From Macrostomum lignano (Eukaryota), in contig NIVC01002497.1 in assembly GCA_002269645.1 (NCBI GenBank), positions 62,001 through 126,000 on the forward strand: a stretch of DNA of 64,000 bases, read 5' to 3'. The position numbers and the translations under genes are program-made. The notes under the pieces are model-generated. The model made no database searches and was not told the DNA's origin. It saw nothing but the letters and a program-made list of their open reading frames with translations. Numbering within the stretch: position 1 is the first letter of the stretch; each line of letters opens with the position of its first letter. Shown piece after piece: positions 40,182-57,419 of this stretch.

Positions 40182-42030
40182 GCGGCTTGAGACACCTGAA
40201 CCCGATGGTGCGCTGACTGACCCGGTGGTGGCCGTGGAAGACGACCCGCGGCTCGACCTGGAGCGCCAGGAGCCCGGAAACATTTGCCATCGGGAGCCGT
40301 ACGAGTTTCGCCCTCGGCAGCCTGTTTGTTACAAGGACTGATGAGTGACATTGACTGTGAGGATTTCAAGTGACTGTCTTTGACTTTTGTTTGCTTTTGT
40401 GGGGAGCAGTGTTAGGCTTGGGCGGGGCTTAGCACTGTTTACTCTTTGAATGCTTATTCCACTGGTGCTTGTACTTTTGTTCTGTCTGAGTGTACGCGTC
40501 AAATTATTATTGTCATCGTGCTCTGATGTGCAGTGTGGTGAGTTTTAGTCCTGGGTTGGGGGGTTGTCGCGGGCTTGTGCTTTATCGTTGATAATAAATA
40601 GTTTCGCATGGAGCATTGGCTCAGAACTCTCGTGATTCTCGTTTCATAGCAAGTGCTCGCCTTGGCTTGTCATTTCTAACACTTTCTATCTGGGGGATGC
40701 TTGCTATCTGGGGGATGCTTGCTATTTGTGGGATGCTTGCTATCTGGGGGGATGCTTGCTATTTGTGGGATGTTTGCTATCTGGGGGATGCTTGCTATCT
40801 GGGGGATGCTTGCTATCTGGGGGATGCTTGCTATCTGGGGGATGCTTGCTATCTGAGGGATGCTTGCTATCTGGGGGATGCTTGCTATTTGGGGGATGTT
40901 TGCTATCTGGGGGATGCTTGCTATCTGGGGGATGCTTCTGGGGGATGCTTGCTATCTGGGGGATGCTTGCTATCTGGGGGATGCTTGCTATTTGGGGATG
41001 TTTGCTATCTGGGGGATGCTTGCTATCTGGGGGATGCTTGCTATCTGGGGGATGCTTGCTATCTGGGGGGGGGGGTGCTTGCTATTTGTGGGATGTTTGC
41101 TATCTGGGGGATGCTTGCTATTTGTGGGATGTTTGCTATCTGGGGGATTCTTGCCATCTGGGGGATGCTTGCCATCTGGGGGATGCTTGCTATCTGGGGG
41201 ATGCTTGCTATCTGGGGGATGCTTGCTATCTGGGGGGAAGCTTGCTATCTGGGGGGGGTGCTTGCTATTTGTGGGATGTTTGCTATCTGGGGATGCTTGC
41301 TATCTGGGGGATGCTTGCTATCTGGGGGATTCTTGCCATCTGAGGGATGCTTGCCATCTGGGGGATGCTTGCTATCTGGGGGATGCTTGCTATCTGGGGG
41401 GGAAGCTTGCTATCTGGGGGATGCTTGCTATCTGGGGGGGAAGCTTGCTATCTGGGGGGGGGGGTGCTTGCCATCTGGGGGATGCTTGCTATCTGGGGGA
41501 TGCTTGCTATCTGGGGGGGAAGCTTGCTATCTGGGGGGGGGGGTGCTTGCTATTTGGGGGATGTTTGCTATCCGGGGGAACGCGTGCTATCAGGGGGTGC
41601 TTGCTATCTGGGGGAACGCGTCCTATCATTTTGAAGGCTTTATTTGTTGTCCTTTTTTACTTTTAGACAAAAGAGATTCACAGCAAACATCTGTTTCCGC
41701 GAAAATTTTACTCGAATAAGGTGATTTATGAAAATGAAGAAGGAATCGGTTCTTAGAAAATGTTCCCTTTTTAATGGATTTGCGTGAATAATTTTTGCTC
41801 CTTGCTTATTGGCCGCCCCAAAGGGGGGCACTAGGTCACTGGATTGCTAGTACTAGCCGTTTCTGAGGGACTTCTGCGCTAAAGCCTTGGTTCTTTGACA
41901 ACTGAAGCTTATGTAATTCTGTGGGAATGAATTAAGCAACAAATCAAGTTTTATGTGCTTTAGACAGTTTGCATTATCTGTAGAACTTAATGTGATGAGA
42001 ATACGAACGTCAAGCACAATTAATCTAAAC

Positions 42031-43474
42031 TCAGTCCAGCAGTACTTCTAACGCCAATTCAACAGAAATTCGCAATGCTAAAAATAGCATACATAATGAC
42101 GTCACAAAGCTAATAATTGTAAACACATTGCGCCACGTGCTCTCCAACTGTTGCCGCTCGCGCCTAAGCCGGTGCAGCTGCTGACGGCGCCTCATGTGAT
42201 CAGCCACATCCTGGGCCATCAGCTGGTACATCTGCAGGCGCTGCTGCAGAGCGCTCATGGCGCTCACGTAATACGCCTCGGACATCACCGCATTAGAGAT
42301 GCTGTTGTACTCAGCAGTCTGTGTGCCCCACGAGTTGAACTGCTTCTGCTGCACTTGAATCACGTCGCCAGAGTGCGGCATGATGAATGAGACTCGCCGC
42401 TGCGGGGATCAAGGACTGGACTTGAGTACTTACTGATAGTGTCCACCTGACATGAAGTGTATGTGCTGAGCCGAAAATATAGTTACAATGTAATATGGTA
42501 CATTTTGCTATACCATAATCCCAATCCCTGTCCTGGCTATCCCACTCCCTATCCTGACTATCCCACTCCCTATCCTGACTATCCCACTCGGTCTCCTGAC
42601 TATCCCACTCCCTATCCTGACTATCCCACCCCCTCTCCTGACTATCCCACTCCCTATCCTGACTATCCCACTCCCTATCCTGACTATCCCACTCGGTCTC
42701 CTGACTATCCCACTCCCTATCCTGACTATCCCACTCCCTCTCCTGACTATCCCACTCCCTATCCTGACTATCCCACTCCCTATCCTGACTATCCCACTCG
42801 GTCTCCTGACTATCCCACTCCCTATCCTGACTATCCCACTCCCTCTCCTGACTATCCCACTCCCTATCCTGACTATCCCATTCCCTCTCCTGACTATCCC
42901 TCTCCCTCTCCTGACTATCCTACTCCCTATCCTGACTATCCTACTCCCTATCCTGACTATCCCACTCCCTATTCTGACTATCCCACTCCCTATCCTGACT
43001 ATCCCACTCCCTCTCCTGACTATCCCACTCCCTCTCCTGACTATCCCACTCCCTATCCTGACTATCCCACTCCCTATCCTGACTATCCCACTCCCTATCC
43101 TGACTATCCCACTCGGTCTCCTGACTATCCCACTCCCTCTCCTGACTATCCAACTCGGTCTCCTGGCTATCCAACTCGGTCTCCTGGCTATCCCTATAGG
43201 AAGTGGGATAGTCAGGATGGGGACAAATCAAGTAGTCTCATCCTCCTTGGGAAAACTGCACCTTTCTGATAGGCGCAGGTTTCTCTACAGTCTGCTGCGG
43301 TTCCTCCTCCTCCAATACCAGCGCGAGCTGACCCGGCCGTCCACCGCCGCCGCCTCCTCGGCTGTCCGATCGGCTGTCGTGACTGGCAGGGACGGCCCGC
43401 CGGCGCGAACGGAGCTGACTGAGCGACTCGGCTCGAAAGTCGAACGCGCTGTATTTCCGAGTCTTTAATAGCAT
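42031..43474 (-). CDS. Uncharacterised ~193-aa protein with C-terminal TM helix and RVxF-like motif; 2 exons
   Basis: Exons 43474-43262 and 42399-42031 (donor AAG|GTGCAG, acceptor CCCCGCAG|, phase 0). Coiled-coil-like stretch, then hydrophobic VFTIISFVTSLCMLFLALRISVELAL. The start codon is uncertain. Confidence 0.65.
42530..43195. repeat. Minisatellite, 21-bp unit CCTGACTATCCCACTCCCTAT
   Basis: Intronic array; ORF 42457-43269 (PYPDYPT)n is its artefact. Confidence 0.93.
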
Positions 43475-43791
43475 TGCTTTAATAGCAGCAACTGGCTGGA
43501 TACCGCTGTGCTGCAAATCTTCAATTAATAATTTATTGATACTTCCTCTGCTTCTCCAAGCAGAGTTGCTGCTTCCAGTCAGGAAGATTCTTTTGCAAGC
43601 TCTCAATGCTTTTGTTACGCATTTGCTGCAACGATTTTTCTTTATTGGGGTGCCCAGGTGCAGCTGATAACAAATCTCGGGGGGGGGGGGGTGAGGCAGC
43701 GCTGCGGAATTCTGCCGCAGCTGTTGCCTTTCTCAGCCAGCCCTTTGAAAGCCCTTTGCCAGCTGGCCTTGAAACAGAGTGTGCGCTTCAT

Positions 43792-44190
<399 letters not shown>

Positions 44191-44685
44191 GCGCAGTCAT
44201 AGACCACTGCAAGACTCAATGTAGAGGTAAAGAACGACCGGTGGTGATCTTTGTGACTTTATCAGGGGTTATCATTAAATATTGAACAATCATGCCAAAA
44301 AGAGTGGACTTGACTTGTTGTCAAGCACTGGCTTCGAATTTATTTAAATGAACATGGAATGAAACAGGTTAGCTGTTGAATTCAATATTGAACTTGAAAA
44401 ATGTAAGCATTGGGTTCGCTTCAGCTTTGGTAGTTCGGAATAGGTGTTCAAATTTTTAAAAAATAATCGAGAAAGCTTTTATACTTTCTCTATAGAAATA
44501 CTCCTTCAGAAGAAACTTCTTTATAATCTAACTCGCTTGTTAATTTAGTATTATAGTATTCCTTGGTAGATCTACTTCAGTATATTCAATATATTTCTTT
44601 GCTGTCCTTTTACATCCGCAGATGCAACCCTAACCCTAACCCTAACTCTAGCAAAAACATCTCTCCTATACCCGAACACCGATCC

Positions 44686-46798
44686 TCATTCCACACCGAA
44701 GCTGCTGAGCATCTCCTCGGACTCGTCAGACAGCGGATCGTGATCACCGACCTTCCGTTTGAAAACCGCTTCGTCGCCGCCCTCATCAAGCAGAAAGTCG
44801 GGCAGTTGGCTCTCCAGAGCGGAAAACTGAAGCGACTTCTTCGAGGGCTTCAAATTGGGAAGGAGCAAGATAAGAGATTAGTAGAGGCTTTTATGAAGAG
44901 ATATTTCAAACAAAAACTTACAGGCTTCTTAGACTTTTCCGGCTTTCCGGCCTTTTCCGGCTTTCCGGCCTTCTTCGGCTTTCCGGTCTTTTCCGGCTTT
45001 CCGGCCTTCTTTGGCTTTCCGGCCTTTGGCTTTCCAGCCTTTGACTTTCCGGCTTTTGGCTTTCCGGCTTTTGGCTTTCCGGCCTTTGGCTTTCCAGCCT
45101 TTGACTTTCCGGCTTTTGGCTTTCCGGCTTTTGGCTTTCCGGCCTTTGGCTTTCCAGCCTTTGACTTTCCGGCTTTTGGCTTTCCGGCTTTTGGCTTTCC
45201 GGCCTTTGGCTTTCCAGCTTTTGGCTTTCCAGCTTTTGGCTTTCCGGCTTTTGACTTTCCGGCTTTTGGCTTTCCGGCTTTTGGCTTTCCGGCCTTTGGC
45301 TTTCCGGCCTTTGGCTTTCCGGCCTTTGGCTTTCCGGCCTTTGGCTTTCCGGCTTTTGGCTTTCCGGCTTTTGAATTTTTGGGCAGGCCGGGCAACAGGA
45401 TGACGCCGCAGACGCACTTCGGGCACATCGCCTTGCAGGCGGACTTCAGGCTGCGCAATCCGCTGCTGCTGGTGCGCGACTGAATCTCCTCGATGAGGTC
45501 TGCGGCCTCCTCGTTGCGGTCTGCCTTCTCTGTCAGCTCGGCGATCCATGACCGCTTCGTGGCCTCGACTTGCAGCTCGGGCTCTTCTTTGGAGGCATCG
45601 TCGGAATCAAAGGCCTCACCGCTGGATGCTCTCAGCCGGTCAGCTAGGCCGCGAGCCCAGCCTGAGACTTTGGGGCGTCAGACAGGGACTTTTGGATTAG
45701 CGTCTCAATTGATTTTCCTAATCTGTTTGTGTCCAAAAAATCTGAATCATCTAATACAAGCTGTCTCAGTCTCATTCCATTATTGAGATCTAACAGTAGT
45801 CTCACAGTTGTCTCACTGCATTAGTGAGATCTCACAGCAGTCTCACTCGATTAATGAGATCTCACACTAGTCTCATATCATTATCAAGATCTCACAGTAG
45901 TTTCACATCATGGGTGAAATCTCAAAGTAGTCTCACTGCATCAGGGAGATCTCACAGTAGTCTTATTCCATTAGTGAGATCTCACAGTAGTCTCACTGCA
46001 GTAGTGAGATCTCACAGTAGTCTCACTTCATCAGTGAGATCTCACAGTAGTATCACTCCATTAGTGAGATCTCACAGTAGTCTCACTGCATTAATGAGAT
46101 CTCACAGTAGTCTTATTCCATTAGTGAGATCTCACAGTAGTCTCACTCCATCAGTGAAATCTCACAGTAGTCTCACTGCAGTAGTGAGATCTCACAGTAG
46201 TCTCACTTCATCAGTGAGATCTCACAGTAGTATCACTCCATTAGTGAGATCTCACAGTAGTCTCACTTCATTAGTGAGATCTCACAGTAGTCTCACTGCA
46301 TTAGTGAGATCTTTCATTCTTTCATACTCCTACATTACTAATGTGTAACTACATTACTAATGTAATGTAGTCTCACTACATTAGTGAGATCTCACAGTAG
46401 TCTCACTTCATCAGTGAAATCTCAAAGTAGTCTCACTGCATCAGGGAGATCTCACATTAGTCTCACTCCATTAGTGAGATCTAACAGTAGTCTCACTGCA
46501 GTAGTGAGATCTCACAGTAGTCTCACTGCATTAATGAGATCTCACAGTAGTCTCACTACATTAATGAGATCTCAAAAGTTCTGGCTCTACTCCAGCCACC
46601 AGATCTCACCTCCCGGCGGCACTTCATGCATTGCATACCTGATTCATCATCTGGACTGTCAAAGTCATCCTCATGCAGCCGGCTGGGCCTCCCGGCAGCG
46701 CAGCCGAGGCTGGCCAGCAGCACCAGAAGCGCCAGGAGCATTCCAGTATGTCGTCGCAGCTTCCCCGCTGCATCATATCTAATGGCGTCTTTGAGCAT
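44686..46798 (-). CDS. Putative secreted protein with Lys-rich (GKPKA)n repeat, ~353 aa; 3 exons
   Basis: Exons 46798-46639 (donor G|GTATGC, phase 1), 45661-44922 (donor |GTAAGT, phase 0) and 44847-44686. Signal-peptide-like MLLALLVLLASLGCAAG. Acidic segment, then CKAMCPKCVC, then a 15-bp coding repeat, then an acidic tail. Confidence 0.72.
45785..46575. repeat. Minisatellite, 30-bp unit GAGATCTCACAGTAGTCTCACTGCATTAGT
   Basis: Intronic tandem array. Confidence 0.94.
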
Positions 46799-47619
46799 GA
46801 GCTATAGATATTTGCTGAGAGAAATAAAAATATTATTTTCAGAGAATTGAATAACCTCAGAATGGCCGTCTAACTCGGTGAATAAAAAGTCTCCGCAAGC
46901 AAATATCCAGGTTTAATAGAGGCAGCAGTGCTCAGTTCTGCCCTACCCCACATGGTGTGCGAATGCGAGTCTACACTGAGCTGTTTAGACTTGAGCATTC
47001 CAAGCCTGACACGAGCATGGAGCCTCACGTGTATCGTTGCATTTTCTGCCTTTGCCATTGTGCCTGAGAGATGAGGCTCTGACCCTGCTCAGCAGCTGTG
47101 CGAGCTGCACTGCCTGGCTATCACTGGGCGGGGGGTTGAGGCAGAGAAAATAACAAAAATATTTCTGCTCTGCGTTCACTGAGTCAGTCGCCAAGTAGCA
47201 GAGAGTAGCTCACTTAAAAGCTGGGCTGCAGTGGCCACTGATATAAGCGGGGCTGCTATAGCAATGCGCTGCGTCTCTGCGCGAGTCCTTCTTATACTAC
47301 TTGTTGTATTGTTTCAGTAGAAAGTCATGTTTTCCAAGTTATTTTGCGACAGATTCTTGAGAATACTCAAAAATGTATGATTGACGGGGTGGTTCGACTG
47401 AGAAAGTTGCTCATGATTACTTAATCTTGTTCAAAGCGGAGATTTTATACATTTGGTGTCGAATATTGCCACGTCAACGTGAAATGCTTTGCTAGGTATG
47501 GTGAAAAGTTGATAGAGGCACAGATAAAGACGGCTTGTGAGAAAAGAGAAGGGTGAACTAAGAGAGTAGGATGAAGGTGGGAATGACTCAGAAACGAGGG
47601 TAGCTCAAAGTGCATGAGC

Positions 47620-50600
47620 GTGTAGATGGAGGGCAACAGAGGGTAGATGGAGGGCAACAGAGGGTAGATGAAAGGCAAAAGAGGATAGATGAAAGGCAAC
47701 AGAGGGTAGATGAGGGGCAACAGAGGATAGATGAAAGGCAACAGAGGATAGATGAAAGGCAACAGAGGATAGATGAAAGGCAACAGAGGGTAGATGAGGG
47801 CAACAGAGGGTAGATGAAGGCAACAGAGGGTAGATGAGGGGCAACAGAGGGTAGATGAGGGGCAACAGAGGGTAGATGAGGACAACAGAGGGTAGATGAA
47901 AGGCTTCTTAGACTTAGCTGCAGGGCTGTCCCGAAGGGGACACAGCGGGAAGGCTCGGGCGCCCATTCCGCTAGTCCCTGAACGGCCGACGCGTCGCTAT
48001 GGACGGAGGGTTGGCGCCGCCCAGGGAGGTCCCCCAGTGTCGCCAGCAGCTATGGTGCTCTCTGGAAAGGAGAGTTCAGCCCTGCGGGTGGCCCGAAGGT
48101 AGCGCATGAGCTGATTAAAGTTTTCGGGTTTGCACGCTTCAGTAATAGATGTGTGTGGCCCGAGGTAAGTGAGTCTGGCCCGCGTGAAGGCGAGACAGAT
48201 GCTGACGAAATGCTCAGCGGTTTCGTCACCTGAGTTGCAGAAACTACAGGTGGCGTTGGTGGCGTTGCCCTGCAGGTACTGGTGCCTGGAGAAGCAGCCG
48301 TGACCAGAGAGGGTCATGGTGGCAGCCCGGATGTCTCTGCGCGAGAGGCGCAAGAGGAGCTTCCGGAGCTGGTGAGAGGGCTGAGGGACAGCGCCTCTGG
48401 ATTGCCTGCAGTTCGTGCGGTTCGCCCAAGTCGAGCGGTGCTGAGTCCTGATCCACGCTTTGATGCGCGAGTCGATGACACAGCCAGGAATCGGGACAAG
48501 AGGTTCGGGGCCGAGAGAGGAGCCGGAGGCACCAACTTTTGCAAGGGTGTCAGCCAACTCATTTCCTCGGATCCCCACATGCCCCGGAACCCACTTAAGG
48601 GTAATTTTGTTGGCGGAACCCAACATGTTGAGGAGTTTGATACAGTCGAGGACTGTAGCAGAGTTGGTGCTGCAGCCACTGATGGCGTGCAAGGCAGCTT
48701 GGCTGTCCGAATGGAAAATGATGTTCTTACCAGTAACGCCAGTGGCGAGAAGCTCTGCAGTGCAGGAGCTGATGGCCAGAACTTCATTTTGGAAAACACT
48801 GGAGTTGACCCCAGTGTATTGAGCGTGGGTAGCGATGACCCTCCCGTTCAGAAAGATTCCAACACCAAAGCCGGTGTTGGCTGACTGCTTAGAACCGTCG
48901 GTGTAGCAATGAAGCTCACCAGGGTTCCATTGGTCATTGATTTTATCGCGCGAGTCGATAGCTACGGAGTAGCGCTGTCTCAGGTTGAGCGTTGAGGCAA
49001 TGCCATCGGTGAAGACGCGATTGGCCTGACACTCGTTGAGAAAGTTGAGGCACAGATCGCTATGCGGGACAAGGTTCCGCTTAGCAGGTGCTCTCATGTA
49101 AATGAATTTGACGCCGGCATCAATTAGACGCCGCGTCGTTCTAGCCGCCTCACCCCTGATGAAGAGGTCAAGAGGCGGAAGATTAAGGAAGGCCCCCATG
49201 CCAGCAAAGGGCGTGGACCTGGTGGCGTTGCAGATGAGCCTACACGCTCTGCCTTGGATCGTGTTGAGCAGGTCTGCATGGCTTTTGACCTGGGTAGCGC
49301 TAACCCAGACAACAGAGGCGTACGTAATGGCAGGTCTAACTACGGAAGTATAGATCCACCAAAGCCGCTTTGGGGATAGACCCCAAGAAGTGCCAAGTGC
49401 TCGTCGGAGCTGGGCCAGGATGGCTGAGGCACGCTTGGCTTTTGCTTTCACGTGGGAGGACCAGTTGAGCCGGTGGTCAAGTATGACCCCGAGACATCTG
49501 GTCTGGTGCGCGAAGGCAATATCTCTGCCGTAGAGCTGCAGAGGACGTATGTTCCAGCGTAGTCTGCTGGTAAACATAATGGCAACGGTTTTGGGCTCAG
49601 AGAGTTCCAGACCATTGTCATTGGCCCAGGATTCTGCTTTGCGGATAAAGCTCTGCATCAGATCCCTGAGCGTGCTGGGAGACGGTCCTGCCACAATGGC
49701 CGTGACGTCATCAGCATACCCGACTTTGAAGACGGGGTCGGGTCGGGAGTCACTCAAAAGAGCGTCCATGACCAGGTTCCAGAGCGTCGGGGTGAGGACT
49801 CCGCCTTGGGGTCCACCCTTACAGACTCTGGTGGAGGCAGTTTGCCCAAGAAGTTGGGCAGTGACCGTACGGTTGGAGATCATGTACATGATCCACCGTA
49901 TGAGGGTAGCATGAGCTTTGCGATTTTGAAGGGCCCTCTGAAACGCTTCAAAGATAACGTTGTCGAAGGCGCCAACAATGTCAAGAAAGAGAGCCAGAGC
50001 GTAACCGTCACCCAGTACCGCCCTTTCAATCTTCTCGACAATCGCATGCAAGGCGCTGTCAGTCGACCTCCCGGTACGGAAGGCGTGCTGATTATTGCTG
50101 AGGGGCATCGCTGTCAGCTCGCAGGACAGCAGCCGCCAGAGAATAAGCCTCTCAGTGAGCTTAAGCATTGCTGACGTTAAGCTAATAGGCCGGAAGGCCT
50201 TGACGCTTTGGTAGTCACCCTTCCCAGGTTTGGGAATAAAGACTACCCGAGCTTCAGTCCAGCATTTGGGAACGTATCCCAGCTGGATAGAGGCCCGCAT
50301 AAGATTGCGGGTGAGTCTCAGGAACGAGGGTATCTTGGCTGCTTCACGAAGGAGAACAGGGTAGATACCATCAGGTCCAGGAGATTTGAAGGGTTTGAAG
50401 GTTCTGACCGCACGAGCGATTAGGTCTTCAGTGACAATGCCCGCCGCTAGGGTGGCTCCATCCATCGAATGGTTGGGCTCCGGTCTAGCAGTAGGTACCC
50501 TCGGGAAGAATGTGCTAAGCATATGCTGAAGCACTTCTTCAGGGTCTTTAGTAAGAGAGCCATCATCTTTTTTGATCATGGCTAATTTGGACATTTTGTC

Positions 50601-51040
50601 CATTGTAAGGGCCTTGACAAGCCTAGAAATAGGTCTGTCTTGATCCAATTCATTGCAGAATTGGCGCCACTTACATTCCTTGGCCTTGCGCACTTCAGAT
50701 TTGAAATTGCGGGAGGCTTGCCGGAAAAGCTCCATGTCCTCCGGGTTTCCGGTCTTCATGGCACGGCGATGAAGGCTTTTGGCCTTCCGCCTGAGTTTCC
50801 CCAGCTCCGGGTTCCACCACGGCAGATGAAAGGCAACAGAGGATAGATGAGGGGCAAAAGAGGGTAGATGAAAGGCAACAGAGGGTAGATGAAAGGCAAC
50901 AGAGGGTAGATGAGGGGCAACAGAGGGTAGATGAGGGGCAACAGAGGGTAGATTAGGGGCAACAGAGGGTAGATGAGGGGCAACAGAGGGTAGATTAGGG
51001 GCAACAGAGGGTAGATGAGGGGCAACAGAGGGTAGGTGAG
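47620..51040. repeat. Minisatellite, 21-bp unit GATGAGGGGCAACAGAGGGTA, interrupted by a LINE
   Basis: Array at 47620-47904 and 50824-51040. Confidence 0.92.
47905..50823 (-). mobile_element. 5'-truncated non-LTR retrotransposon with RT + RNase H + CCHC (Loa/Lian-like, R1/I group)
   Basis: Uninterrupted ORF from PWWNPEL (50822) to 47997. RT: FLDIVGAFD, PQGGVLTP, YADDV, CLGVILD. RNase H: YTDGS, FQNEV, HSDSQA, WVPGHVGIRGNELAD. C-terminal CSFC..ETAEHFVSIC. No endonuclease domain. Apparent 11-bp TSD AGATGAAAGGC at 47894-47904 and 50824-50834 (ambiguous inside a tandem array). Confidence 0.93.
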
Positions 51041-52621
51041 GGCACATTCAATCAGTCAATAATCAATAATCACTAGTCAACAATCAGAAGTCTCCAGCAT
51101 TGAGAGGGCTGCAGCGCATACAGCAAGCTTAATTTTAAAGCAGCGGTTGCTAAGCATAAAAAGTACGATCGTTTATTAATTAAATCATCAGAGATTTTAT
51201 AGAATTACCAACCAATTTCAAAGTTCCGAAATATGACTTTCTATTTACACTGCATCATTGAGTCAATCGCTCATAAGGAAGATATTCAAAGCGGGTGAAG
51301 CCATTATTGTACATCGAACTATAGTCAGTTGCCAGGTGCAGTCAGAGCTACTCGACCCTATTGGCGCCGTTGCCGTGGTCGTCCTTTCCTATAAAATCGA
51401 AGTCAGGTGGGCGGAGGCCACAGGGTAGCCGGTTGGAAATTTTCAAAAAAAACACGCAATTGGTTTCAAATTAAAATTGGATAGACATTGGCGATAGAAT
51501 TTAAATAAAAATAGGTAGCTAGCGACTTCTGATAGAACATACTGTACTTTTGGACCTGCACGGCTTGCGAGTGTACTGCGTGTCCTTCATGTTCCAGCTG
51601 TCCATGACTGACTGTATCAAATAGAAGAATGGGAAACCCCGCTTCTTGGAGAATTTTAGGAGGCCGGTTTTTTCCGATAAAAAATACACTACACGATAGG
51701 AATTTTTCATTTTTCAGCACAAAAATTGTGATTGCTTTCGATAGGAGGCAGACCCAATGTTTATCTTTTGATATGTTCTGCCATTCTTATAGCTGTATTG
51801 ATTTTCATAAAGCTTTTCATTTGGTAAATTAGGATTCTATTTTAATTTTTTATTCTACGTACAATGGCACAGGTTGTGTCTAAAAAACCATTAAAATGAC
51901 ACGGCTCGGCTCGTTGGTTTTATGAATCTATTTTGTCATTCTTAGCGACTGTGTAACAGTGTGTAATAGAGACAAAACTTCCCATCTCCGCAGTGCATTC
52001 TTTCGGTAAAAGCTGCCTCCTAAAATTTTCCAAGAAACGGGGTTTCCCGTCCTTCTACTACTTGAGTAGTCCATGACTGTACTTTAATTGAGTGCAAGTT
52101 GTGCCCCAACAGAAGCTGCTGTCAGTGCTGCCAGTATGTATCGCATTAATCCGCTGAAATGATTCAATATCCTTCAAGCTTGGAAAGATTTAAGCGCTGA
52201 CTATGTGGAATCTTTGATTTAATGATTCCTGTTTGCTTGCTACACAGATATAATCAAAGCCTTTAGTTGTTTTCACCACTAGCTAAATTAATAAGCTCTA
52301 AAAGGAATTTTCAATTTTAGAACCAAGCGAAACTACTTGTAGTAAATCATTGATTTGTGTGAAATTTTCATTCTATGTCTGTGGCCAAAGCTGGGACATC
52401 TTTGTTCAACGCTTGGATGTTAGTTTTCCCGCAGAGGAATTGCCCTACAAGAAAAATAAGCATTTTATGTAAATAATAAACGCCGTTTAATTCACACTCT
52501 GTGGTTAGAATGTCCAGGTTGCATTTAATGGTCCCGAGGCGAGCGAAGCGAGATATTATGATATTATGATATTATATGATATATCATATTATGATATTAT
52601 GATATTATATTATGATATAAT

Positions 52622-52813
52622 GGGCCGTATGCAGAAAGCTTAGTCCAGACTAGCTAGTCCGGACTTGGGTAGTTCAGTCTATAGTCTATGGTCCAGCTAC
52701 CCAGTTCTGCTATAGTATACCGGTCTAACTTTGTGTTTCTGCATACCAAATCCAAGTCCAGACTAGCTTTTCAAGACCGGACTACCCTAGACAGAGCTTT
52801 CTGCATACGGCCC
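52622..52813. mobile_element. PIF/Harbinger-type MITE, 192 bp
   Basis: Perfect TIR GGGCCGTATGCAGAAAGCT / AGCTTTCTGCATACGGCCC. 3-bp TSD AAT at 52619-52621 and 52814-52816. Internal repeats AGTCCAGACTAGCT. Confidence 0.85.
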
Positions 52814-53339
52814 AATATCCTAGTTTTTGTCAAAATTAACATAGACAACACATTCCCGGCTCAGAATAGTACAATTTTTTAACGATTAAATAAGCAATCG
52901 TATTTTATATGCAGTTACTTAAGTCACCTGTACCTTCCGATAGAGGAGAGAATGCGGCGGAAAAACCGTCTGGATGCTTTTCACTTGAAAATTGGGGCTT
53001 AGAATCAATTTTCATTCCACAGCTTACTCGCAAAATAAGGAGTGACACATCTTAGGTTTAACTAATCTTAGTAGAATTCCCTAGACTAAGAAATCCCTGT
53101 TTAGAAAATTCGAACCCATGAGTTATGGAATTGCGGTAGTTCCACTCCCCAAGAGTTGTTAGTAATGCAGTAATTAGAGCCGGCTAACTCAAGCTTGGAG
53201 CATTTTGAGGAAAATAATGTGTACACAATAATAATTAGTGATGCAAAAGTTCCACCTTGAACTGTTGTTGCCACGGGGACCATTGAGTCCTCAATATTGC
53301 GGTAAAGATCAAAGGTGTCAGGCCGGTCAAGGCGGTGAG

Positions 53340-57198
<3,859 letters not shown>

Positions 57199-57419
57199 GA
57201 CCGAACGGATCGGAGGGGGCAAGGGGGCGCGAACTTGGGACTCTAGCAGCGAAATCGAAGAGGAGCTGCCGCAAGCGATGTCGGGAGCAGAGCGGGTGGG
57301 GATTTTAGCTGGCTAAAAAATCCAGCTCTATCCGGATAGAACACTGATGAGGAATAGGAGCTGGGGTGGGGAGGCTGAAGAGAGGTTGAGCAGACCACCC
57401 GCCTGCCGGAGTACTCGTG

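Larger units (their letters stand above)
36863..40681 (+). mobile_element. Ty3/Gypsy LTR retrotransposon (Mag-like), 3.8 kb, internally deleted
   Basis: 272-bp LTRs 36863-37134 and 40410-40681 (TGT...ACA; 2 differences by eye). 5-bp TSD CTTTC at 36858-36862 and 40682-40686. PBS TGGCGTCGCGAGCAGGATT at 37138-37156, resembling a tRNA-Ser 3' end. Short purine tract before the 3' LTR. Confidence 0.97.
35645..41615. repeat. Minisatellite, ~18-19-bp unit GGGGATGCTTGCTATCTG, interrupted by an LTR element
   Basis: Same array at 35645-36862 and 40682-41615. Confidence 0.95.

Noticed and set aside
44205-44225. ACTGCAAGACTCAAT, resembling part of a flatworm spliced-leader sequence as I recall it
   Set aside because: Short gapped match only; no terminal ATG|GT donor or Sm site; compatible with chance.
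44922-47915. 15-nt identity AGGCTTCTTAGACTT between the LINE 3' end (47901) and a host exon boundary (44922)
   Set aside because: A few 15-mer matches are expected by chance in 64 kb, and there is no extended similarity.
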